Of a DNA stretch of 64,000 nucleotides, positions 53,868 through 64,000 are shown piece by piece. The stretch is from Octopus vulgaris (taxonomy: Eukaryota): NCBI GenBank assembly GCA_951406725.2, contig OX597818.1:69130001-69194000 (forward strand), written 5' to 3'. The notes below the pieces were generated by a model. That model saw only the letters and a program-made list of their open reading frames with translations, had not been told where the DNA came from and searched no databases. The position numbers and the translations under genes are program-made. Within the stretch, counting starts at the first letter, position 1. Every line of letters starts with the position of its first letter.

Positions 53868-54215
53868 AGATGCAGGTAAGTAGCTTGCTTACCATCCACA
53901 TGATTCCAGGTTCAGTCATTTTGGCAAGTGTCTTCTACTATAGCTTCAGGCTGACCAAAGCCTTGTGAGTGGATTTGGTAGACAGAAACTGAAAGAAGCC
54001 TGTCGTATATATATATATGTATATATATGTATGTGTTTGGTTCTGTGTCTGTGTTTGTCCCCCCACCATCGCTTGACACCCAATGTAGGTGTATTTATGT
54101 CCCCGTAACTTAGCAGTTCAGCAAAAGAGATTGATGGAATAAGTACTAGGCTTACAAAGGATAAGTCCTGGGGTCGATTTATTTGACTAAAGGTAGTGAC
54201 TGAAACAAATGAAAC
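53868..54215 (+). mobile_element. SINE family B
   Basis: Head, body and TGACTGAAACAA tail. Confidence 0.8.
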
Positions 54216-54603
54216 AATATATATATATATATATATAAGAGGAAGCAGAAAATGGAACAAGAACGTAACAGGGGACAACAAAACATCCGGAGAATTGGAT
54301 GAGACAAAAAAGGACTGGAAAAAACAAGGACAAGTCATTCAGAGTTGTCTATCTTCAGTTGTGTTCCAGATTTTCGCAGCAGTTTCAGCCGGTTACACTC
54401 AAGACCGCTCCAATCTGGCCGGCTCCAAGAAAATCCAAGGTAAGAGCAATAGATTCCTTGGAAGGAAGCAAGCGAATGTATATGAAAGCAAGGACAAAAA
54501 CAAATGGAGAAATGGTACACAAATACAATTACAAACAACAGGACATTAACAACAGGTGTCCTTTGACGAATTAAATGTAGCTGGAGCGTGTGGAAGTGAA
54601 GTG

Positions 54604-54645
<42 letters not shown>

Positions 54646-54948
54646 GATAGATGGATGGATAGACAGATAGCGAGAGAGAGAGAGAGAGAGAGATATTCAT
54701 ACATACATACATACATGCATACAAGCATACACACAAACATACACAAACACACACACATATATATAACTTTATAGGTTTATATATGGATTCATAGAATTGG
54801 GTGGCAATCACAGAAAGCTCCTCTGATGGACCTGGCTACCATATAACACATCGTAATCCAATACAGAGGAGTATAAGGAAGAGTCTCATGCAGATGAATT
54901 CCAGAAGATCCATTTGATGAAATTATTGCATGAGGAGTATTTCATAAG

Positions 54949-55061
54949 CCATAAATAGTCAGAAAGTATGAGAGGTGAATGTATTTAATCACTTGTCATC
55001 TTTAGGATGACAAGTGGTTAAATGAATATACTCACCTCCCATACTTCCTGAGCTTTTATGG
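54949..55061. repeat. Imperfect palindrome of about 110 bp
   Basis: ccataaatagtcag..agtatgagaggtga..tttaatcacttgtcatc pairs with gatgacaagtggttaaa..tcacctcccatact..ctgagcttttatgg. Confidence 0.8.
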
Positions 55062-55093
55062 TAAATATACATATATATATAAATATATATATA

Positions 55094-55325
55094 AGGCGGC
55101 GAGCTAGCAGAAACGTTAGCACACCGAGCAAAATGCGTAGCCATATTTCGTCTGTCGTTACATTCCAAGTTCAAATTCCGCCGAGGTCGACTTTGCCTTT
55201 CATCCTTTCGGGGTCGATAAATTAAGTACCAGTTACGCACTGGGGTCGATATAATAGACTTAATCCCTTTGTCTGTCCTTGTTTGTCCCCTCTGTATTTA
55301 GCCCCTTGTGGGTAGTAAAGAAATA
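55094..55325 (+). mobile_element. SINE family A, young-looking copy
   Basis: GGCGGCGAGCTAGCAGAAACGTTAGC...GTTCAAATTCC (B box), then GTCGACTTTGCCTTTCATCCTTTCGGGGTCGATAAATTAAGTACC, which resembles the MetaSINE/Sauria-type central domain. CpGs are largely intact. Confidence 0.85.
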
Positions 55326-55399
55326 TATATATATATAAATATATTCTTAACTGTACACACACACACAGACACACACATACACACACACACAAACATATA

Positions 55400-55780
55400 A
55401 GGTTCTTTTGATGATGGTGCATATGCCCTCATCTCTAATCTCAATGTAGGTCCTAGTGAAACCCAGGGTTAAATACAATAGTTCTCTTGATATAGACGGA
55501 TAAAAATCTGTTACATTGAAATGGGTAAACCTTGCTCTACTCCTGTCACTTTTAGTTTTAAACCATGTTATGTCCTCGTTGGTGTGGCTGTGGGTCCTCC
55601 TAATGTTGTTGTTCTTCTTACCAACCAGCTGCTTGCTCAAAAGACAGATTTCAGACTTCACACAGTTGAACAGCCATCACTTAGAGGTGCAGAAGGAAAA
55701 TTTGGGTTTCTAATCTCTAATCCCTATAAAGGCTTTTTTTCTGGACTAGTGTCTCTATCCTATCCTCTCTACCTAGTCTA
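55400..55780 (-). mobile_element. Penelope-like RT fragment (N-terminal RT motifs)
   Basis: KSEICLLSKQL..NNNIRR...EDITWFK...ARFTHFNVTDFYPSISRELL. Confidence 0.8.
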
Positions 55781-57201
55781 AGCACCACCTACACCACAAC
55801 TACAACCACCACCACCACCACCATCATCAAAATCCTTGTTATCATCATCATGAGTATCATCTCTTCAGCGTCATCATCACCGTCCCAACCATCACCACAA
55901 TCATTATCATCATCATTATCTTCCTCTCTGCTTTCCTCCACTTCTCTTCCTTATCATCATTATCATCATCATTAATCATCATCGTCATTATCATCATCAT
56001 CGTCATCGCCAACCATCATCATCATCCTCCTCATCATCATCATCAATGTTATATCTACTTCTCCATGCAGGCATGTGTTGGATGAGAGTTTTCACAGCAG
56101 TGTTTTAAACCACTTCTTCACAACAACCCCTTTTGTGCCCTTCTTCACAGCACCCAATTTTTGTAACCTCTTATGACACCCAAGGATCAAAATAGATAAA
56201 AATATTTCAAATGGTGGTGCCCCAGCAAATGGTGGTGCCCCAGCATGGCCACAGCTTGTGAGCTGAAACTAAATAAAATAAAATTTTTTCTAAATGTTGA
56301 ACAAGTAAAGATTTACTTTTCAATCGTATTTTATCTACAAATACATTTAATTTAATTTGATTTGATTTAATTTCTGAATAATGATTTCTTTGATTAAAAA
56401 TGAAAGACTTCAGCTCTTTGCTACCAACCTATCAGCCTCACCCACCAAAACCAACACCCTTCTTCTCATACATTGTCTAAATTTTAAACAATTCACTCTT
56501 AAATTAAAAGATTTCAAAATTCTATGTGAAACCCTTTTTCTTTAATGATGTTCCAAATATAAAATTAATAATGACAAAGTGATTTCACGAAATATCTGAA
56601 AATTCTAGATTCTTTTCAAACTTTCTTCACACTTATGATGTATTTAATTAGAAATATGGCTAGACGAGGAATAACAGATCAAGATTTACCATAGTTCAAG
56701 GGGCATTGATGGCATTTTCTATGTTTATTCTATAATTGTCATCTTCATTAAGATGATTTATCTTCCAAAATTTTTCTGTTGTTTATGGAGTCTGTTATCT
56801 TTAATTTCTCACATAAATCATTAGAAGAGATCCTAATAAGAACCAAATAAAGAATTTCGGTTTCTCCTTTCCTCTCCATTTTTCAAATAGCCTTCACCTG
56901 CTCTCCAGGTCCAGGCATAGGTTTACTTTGCAACCACATGGTCCTAAGTTCATTCCCAGCTATTGTTCTTGGCCAAAGGAAAGCCTTGTCAGTGGATCAT
57001 ATTCCTCATCATCATCATCATCATCCTTTAACATCCATTTTCCATACTGGTATTAGCATGGGCTGGAATGTTTGAACAGAGCTGATGAGATGGGGAGCTG
57101 CATCAAGTTCTAGACTGATTTAGCTTGGTTTCCACAGCTGGAAGCCCTTCCTAACGGTCGGCATTGTGTGTGTGTGTTTATATACATACATACATATATG
57201 A

Positions 57202-57232
<31 letters not shown>

Positions 57233-57259
57233 GATATGTATGTATGTATATATATATAA

Positions 57260-57320
<61 letters not shown>

Positions 57321-57328
<8 letters not shown>

Positions 57329-57773
57329 TCAAGAAAATGGAGAAATAAATAATAATGAGAAGTGGATCTTTGGTGCAATAAAACCATTATTTAATTAGTT
57401 AAGAAAGATGAGAGTTAGAGTGAGTTTACAGCTGTTTCGGTATATCAGGCTGGGGTAAATACATATTTTCCTCATTGCAAATGATAGACATCATCAGAAA
57501 GTAAAAGGCAAAGATAAGCAAAAAGGATACTAGAGCATCCTCACACTATCTTTTGCTCTATTCTTTTTTTTTCTTTATCTTTGCCTTTTTCGTTCTGATG
57601 ATGTCTATCATTTGCAATGAGGAAAATACGTATTTACCCCAGCCTGATATACTGAAACAGCTGTAAACTCACTCTAATTCTCATCTTTCTTAACTAATTA
57701 AATAATGGTTTTATAGCACCAAAGACACACTTCTCATTGTGGTTTTTCTTCCATTTTCTTATCGTCTGTATAT
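57321..57773. repeat. Inverted repeat (arms about 215 bp, spacer about 17 bp), each arm with a hammerhead motif (family 5: 57424-57500 minus, 57592-57668 plus)
   Basis: Plus arm: gtt CTGATGA tgtctatca...tgatatact GAAAC AGCT GTA aac. The arms are reverse complements with few mismatches. Confidence 0.88.
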
Positions 57774-57881
57774 ACATGAAACTATGGTTTACCTTTAAAT
57801 TACCCACTACCGTATACCTTATAACAAGGGCCATACATACGGAGGTAATTACCAGAAGTGCCTCTAACTTATATCTTACAC

Positions 57882-57919
<38 letters not shown>

Positions 57920-57924
<5 letters not shown>

Positions 57925-58625
57925 GCTTTTTAATAAAGCTGCAAAAGCATTGCAAAAGTTGTTACTCAGAGTTTCACGTTCCCATTCGTCAGACAGTTTT
58001 GGTTGAGAATGGAACAAAAATAAGGTTATATGCACAAACATACAATTATGTTGCTAAATACCCATTTGAAATTTCAACTCTGTATCTATCAACATAATTG
58101 TATATCTTTATATATAAAAGTAAGGTTGTGTGTCTGTCTCCTACGATTTAGATTCCTAACTACTCCCACATTTTGCGGTGCAGTTTAACCAAAACCGGGT
58201 ATCTTATAGTCGTGATTCATATCGAGCCCTTCTTGGTATTAGCATGCGTCTACAATGAGTCTACGATTTTAAAAATAATTTACCATCATTGTTTTCCATT
58301 TTAATGCATTTTTTCGCTATTATATAAGGGAAGTAACTCTCTAAAAATGTCTACGATGTGTCAACGATTTTTAAAAAAATTTACCATAATTTTTTTTCCA
58401 TTTTTAATGCTTTTCTTTGCTAATTTTTGGCTATAACTCTCTAAAAACGCTTTATAGTTATTTCCCTTACAAACCCAAGCAACGCCGGGCGATACTGCTA
58501 GTTTATAGATATAACCTTATTGTTATTCCCTTCTCAACCAAAACTGTCCAATGAATGGGAACGTGAAACTCTGAGTAACAGTTTTTGTGATGTCTTTGCT
58601 TTGCAGCTTTATTAATAAAGCATAT
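57920..58625. repeat. Inverted repeat (arms about 57920-58031 and 58508-58625) with family-3 hammerheads (57955-58000 minus, 58540-58585 plus)
   Basis: aaaactgt C(T/C)(G/A)A(C/T)GA atg-ggaa-cgt GAAAC tctga GTA aca(a/g)..., the same family as 32694. Confidence 0.85.
58105..58501 (+). mobile_element. Non-autonomous Helitron
   Basis: Starts TC after an A and ends CTAG before a T. Subterminal GC hairpin CCCAAGCAACGCCGGG (58474-58489), no TSD, internal duplication of about 100 bp. Confidence 0.85.
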
Positions 58626-58695
58626 TACTCTATCTCTGGTATTTGAGTACTATTTTTTCCCACCTTGTTTCACATTTATGTGCTTACTCTGGCAT

Positions 58696-58754
<59 letters not shown>

Positions 58755-58836
58755 CACATTCAAAGTGTGACCGCATGTGTATCGTTGGCGATTTTCTTTC
58801 TCCTTCTTCCCTTCCTTGGACCTTTCCTTTTTCTAT

Positions 58837-58870
58837 GTTTCTGACGAAGAGCTCCACTTGAAACGTTAAC
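58837..58870 (+). ncRNA. Minimal hammerhead motif (family 8) within a pLTR-like repeat (about 58760-58975)
   Basis: gttt CTGACGA a gag-ctcca-ctt GAAAC GTT aac; palindromic AACGTT stem III. Confidence 0.7.
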
Positions 58871-60019
58871 TCCTCCTTCTTTCTTTCTTTTCCCGAGGGT
58901 CCAATAACACTATACTTGTTCTACATCCTCGCATTGTTGTGTTTTCTCTTTGTGTTTTCATGTTTGGATTAACTATATATATATATATATAAACGATGAT
59001 GATGATGATGATGATATATATATATATGTAAACAGGTTCCAGTGATTTGTTTTTGACTCATGCAAGAAGGGCATTCAGCCATGGAAACCAAACCAAAAAG
59101 ACACTGCAACATGATGTGATACAGTCAAGCTGTCCAAAGTATGGAACATATATGTTAAATGATGATGGTGATGATGATACATGACTTTGTGTGTGTGTGT
59201 GTGTGTATGTGTGTGTGTGTGCACGTGTGTGTGCATGGATTTTGGTGGCATTACAAGAGGGTTGTAAATAAGGTTCCCTGTCATACATGCGGTGTTTTTC
59301 ATATTTTCAATCTTCTGTGTAAATTTGCCTTGCTATGGAGATTTTTTAAAATTTGCTTGGGAACAGGTAAAGGATGGTAAAAAGCAGGACATCCAAAGCT
59401 AGAAAATTTGCCTCAACAAATTTTATGTGACCAATGAATGTATAGAAAAGGGGGAAATTAAAGGTTGAAATAGCTGATGATGACAATGATGATGATGATG
59501 ATGATGACAATAATGATGACGATGACGATGATGATGATGATGAGTATTCTGTTTCTTTTATTTTCAATTTACTCCGTTTATCTCTACTCCAACCCATGTT
59601 TACCTATTTTCTCTCATACTCAACATTATTTGAACTCTTTTACAACCACAAGAGCATGAAGCACTTCTAATGACCGTAGATCCATGAGATGGTTGTGACC
59701 TGTAAATGGTTTTGAGTAGAAACCAGAAAGACAAGTATGTGCACGCTGGGTTTGTAAAACAGAAGACAAGAATAAAAATGCAATGCACGTGTCACATCCT
59801 GTGACATCTCATTGTTTTAATTATGCAGATAACATCCTGTTTCTATGACTTCTTTAATTTTTCTCTGCCAACGTTGAGAAAATTTGAGAAAAGCAGCAAA
59901 ACAAAAGAATTGTTTATATTGACAAAAGAAATCCCTATTTCTATGCAACTACACTGCCACCTACCATAAATGTCAAGGAGTGACACCAGAAAATAACCCC
60001 AAAATCAAAGGCTATACAA

Positions 60020-60358
60020 CAGAGGTTCTCAAACATTTTGGGTCACTGCCCTGCTTCATGGCCACATAATACCCCCAGCGCCCCACCCCTATTTTTATGT
60101 ATAAATAAATATTGTATATTTTACTAATTTATATATACTATAAATCATTTGATATTTAATGTAATATTATATAATCTTTATACAATACTATAATAATATC
60201 ATAATAAATTCATAGCGTCCCCCAATCCACTGCCTTCCCCCGAATGCCCCCTTTTCTCTACCCCCCCCCACCTACACTGCCCCCTTAGACCCCAGCGTTC
60301 ACCTGAACCCTCTCAATGCCCATCGGGGGGACAGTAGCACCCACTTTGAGAACCTATG
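60020..60358. mobile_element. hAT-superfamily MITE
   Basis: TIRs CAGAGGTTCTCAAA / TTTGAGAACCTATG (13/14 match). Perfect 8-bp TSD CTATACAA at 60012-60019 and 60359-60366. Confidence 0.92.
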
Positions 60359-60597
60359 CTATACAAGATGACAATATTATTCTCATAAATAGAAATAATT
60401 TCAATTATTAAAGATTCACAGAAAAAAAGGGTTTGACTGTCCAGTGAACCCCAGAAGCAACTTCTTAATCAATAAATGTATATCAATTAGAAAGTTCTAT
60501 AAAATGATACGTTTGTTTCTTTATATTTGTTTATATTTGTTTCTTTATATTTCATGAGTATATATACCCTTGTAAATGCATGTGTTCCCATTCTTTT

Positions 60598-60980
60598 CTG
60601 CTCTAGGCACCAAGCCCGAAACTTTTTGGGAGGGGGCCAGTCAATTAGATCGACCCCAGTACACAATCACTACTTAATTTATCGACCCTGAAAGGAGGAA
60701 AGGCAAAGTCGACCTCGGTGGAATTTGAACTCAGAACGTAGCGACAGATGAAATACCTATTTCTTTACTACCCACAAGGGGCTAAACACAGAGGGGACAA
60801 ACAAGGACAGACAAACGAATTAAGTCGATTACATCGACCCCAGTGTGTAACTGGTTCTTAATTTATCGACCCCGAAAGGATGAAAGGCAAAGTCGACCTC
60901 AGCGGAATTTGAACTCGGAACATAACGACAGACAAAATACCGCTAAGCATTTCGCCTGGCCTGCTAGCATTTCTGCCATC
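60598..60980 (-). mobile_element. SINE family A, internally dimeric
   Basis: The B box plus central domain block occurs twice (about 60650-60757 and 60830-60940). Confidence 0.85.
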
Positions 60981-61367
60981 CTGACAATATATTGAGTACT
61001 ACACACTTACTAACTACTGGACTCTTTTTCTCTTTTGTCCATTTACTCTCCTAAATTTCACTTTCACTAACCATAGAAACCCCTTATGATGTGTCTCACT
61101 TTTTCATACTGCGTTTCTTTCAATCTGACTCCTTAATCTTCCCCCATCTCTCAGCTAATCCCCTTGTCTCTCACTAATCTCTACACCTACACAATTATCC
61201 TTTTACATAACGTCTCCACTCTCATTGCTCTTCTAAACTGTGCCATTCCATCACCTGATTTCCTTAGAAATTATTTCCAATATTTGGTTTTCACTCAGTT
61301 TAATATCCACCCACATATTTCAACTAAACACACACACGCATACTTATATACACATACATACATACAC

Positions 61368-61399
<32 letters not shown>

Positions 61400-61769
61400 A
61401 GGTTTATATATATGAAAATATATATATATATATATAGATATATAGCTATATCTATCTATCTATCTATCTATATATATATATATATATATACCTTTATATA
61501 CATATATATTATGCACATAAACATATATGAATAACACCACACACTAACACACCACACACACACATGCATATTCATTCACGAACCAGGATACTCATCATAC
61601 AACAGGAGCTGTCAGGCAACTGCATCAGTTTGCTGGGACAACATTTATAATCTTTTAGAACAATGTGACTATTACATATATATATATATACAGATATACA
61701 CATACAAGCATATATATACTCGCATATAAATATATACATATCTATGTATATGTATATGTATGCATGTAT

Positions 61770-61823
<54 letters not shown>

Positions 61824-61884
61824 CGTTTGAAAAAAATCATAAATCCAAAAGAAGTAGCGCACTCTAAGATGTACACATATAAAC

Positions 61885-61917
<33 letters not shown>

Positions 61918-62227
61918 AATGTGTGAAGTATACAATATACTCACGCACACTCCCACACACCCACACATCCACACACACAGATGGAGTCATGTCATGCTAG
62001 TTTACTATAACAATACAAGGTTATTTCACATTGTCGATCAATTGTTGCAATCGTTGCATGTTGCAGGACATTTATGCAGCAGTCGGGAAGGGGGGGAGGG
62101 GGACGTCTCCTGTCATTCGCCAGAAACATGCCATGGAAACATAAATAAATAAACAACGTTGTTTATTTGTATGTGTGCTTCACTTTCGATGTGCGTATGT
62201 GTTTGTGTGCATGCGTATACAGACTCA

Positions 62228-62465
62228 TATACATGTGTATATATGTATGTAAATATATACATACATATATGGACATACACACGTACACATATACATGTGT
62301 ATATATATGTAAATATATACATACATATATGGACATACACACACACGCATATACATGTGTATATATATGTAAATATATACATACATATATGGACATACAC
62401 GTACAAATATAGACACACACACACACATATACATGTGTGTATTTATGTAAATTTATACATACATA
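62228..62465. repeat. 60-bp-period minisatellite, about 3.5-4 copies
   Basis: AAATATATACATACATATATGGACATACAC recurs at 62251, 62311 and 62371. Confidence 0.9.
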
Positions 62466-62514
62466 CACACACGCATGCACAGACAAACAGACACACACAC
62501 ATATGTATGTATGT

Positions 62515-62798
62515 ATATCACAGTGTCATGGTATTGACCAGACTATCGGATTTTGTTATACATCACTGGTCACAATGTGCTTTGTATTATTTTAGCTTTT
62601 GAATGATGCCACCTGACCAGCAAGGCAGGCCGACATTGCTTTTGATTGGAAGGTTAGTCTGTCACAGGGTGATACATTTACGGCCGAGTGGACTGGAACA
62701 ACATGAGATGAAGTGTTTTGCTCAAGATCACAATGTACTGCTTGGTTTGGGAATCAAGCCCATGATGTAGCAACCGTGAATGCAACACCCTAACCACT
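62515..62798 (-). mobile_element. SINE family C, decayed
   Basis: Homologous to 63075-63388. Confidence 0.7.
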
Positions 62799-63036
62799 GT
62801 GTGTATGTATGTATATATGTATATGTGTGTGTGTATATGTGTATGTGTGTGCATGTGTGTTTATATAATATATATATAAATATATATATACTTAAAATTC
62901 AGCTGTAAAACACGATAAATGTTTTTATTTTTCATTCCCTTTGAAATTGCTCTTAACAGTGTTTTGTACTTTTGGCTGTTCCTTCTAGCATGTAAGGTGA
63001 CCTGTTAATGTACACTAATTTTATGTGTGTGTATAC

Positions 63037-63074
<38 letters not shown>

Positions 63075-63388
63075 ATCACCGTGATTCTTTTCCGTGACCG
63101 ACCAGGCCATCAGATGTTACACATCGCTGGTCACAATGCGCTTCGCATTGTTTTAGCCTTCAAATGACTGCTCCGCGCTGGCTAAGCGAGCAGGCCAAAA
63201 GAAGAAAGAGTGAGAGAAAGTTGTGGCGAAAGAGTACAGCAGGGATCGCCACCACCCCCTGCAGGAGCCTCGTGGAGCTTTTAGGTGTTTTCGCTCAATA
63301 AACACTCACAACGCCCGGTCTGGGAATCGAAACCGCGATCCTACGACCGTGAGTCCGCTGCCCTAACCACTAGGACATTGCACCTCCA
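63075..63388 (-). mobile_element. SINE family C, young-looking copy
   Basis: Minus-strand head GGAGGTGCAATGTCCTAGTGGTTAGGGCAGCGG...GGTTTCGATTCCCAGACC. Confidence 0.85.
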
Positions 63389-63431
63389 TATTTTTTTTTT
63401 TTTTTTTTTTATGTATATGTATATATATATG

Positions 63432-63509
<78 letters not shown>

Positions 63510-63516
<7 letters not shown>

Positions 63517-63890
63517 TGGAGTTAAATGCAGGCGTTATTCAAATACTTATACTTCTGACATGTTTCGAAGATATCATTGGTATTATTCCAAAGGAATAAA
63601 ATGGTGGAAAACAATGTAATCTTCTCTTCGGGGAAATGAGGAAAGGAAACTCGTCAATAAGACATTTTAACAGAATATGATGGATATGTATATGTTTATG
63701 GTTGATTGTCTCAATTTCAATACCTTATGATAAAGGCAAGGAATTCTGTTTTCTCTGTAATTCTGAACCATATTTCATTCTTTTTTCTAAAAATCCCCCT
63801 GTAAACACGGTTACAGAGCATGCATACTGATGTAAACATTGGCAGAAACACACCTTTAGTTCATATAAGTGATATCTATATCATTCTATA
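63510..63890 (-). mobile_element. Family-4 pLTR-like repeat with hammerhead motif (63551-63637, CCGAAGA core)
   Basis: Minus strand: atttcc CCGAAGA gaagattacattg...caatgatatcttc GAAAC AT GTC agaagt. Confidence 0.75.
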
Positions 63891-64000
63891 TAATTTAAAC
63901 ATTAATTTTCTTCTTACATTTCACATTCACTAGATATATCTTTTTCCAAGACTATTAGGTCTTATTTAATTTACATATCGTTATATACTTCTCATTTATT

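Overview
Eukaryotic, AT-rich DNA saturated with repeats. The repeat families look like those of a coleoid cephalopod, probably Octopus; this is inferred from recognition, not from a search. I find no convincing host exon. Nearly all ORFs in the track are microsatellite artefacts. The real coding remnants are decayed retroelements: Penelope-like elements (RT and GIY-YIG), RTE, CR1-clade and R4/Dong-clade LINEs. Non-autonomous elements include three tRNA-headed SINE families, a hAT MITE with an 8-bp TSD and a non-autonomous Helitron. The most interesting signal is about 17 minimal type-I hammerhead ribozyme motifs from about 9 sequence families. Several sit in tail-to-tail inverted-repeat cassettes and some have non-canonical cores (CCGANGA, CUGUUGA). 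One family is fused behind a tRNA-derived Pol III promoter, making it a candidate Penelope-mobilised hammerhead SINE. Coordinates were read by eye, so ends of decayed repeats are approximate.
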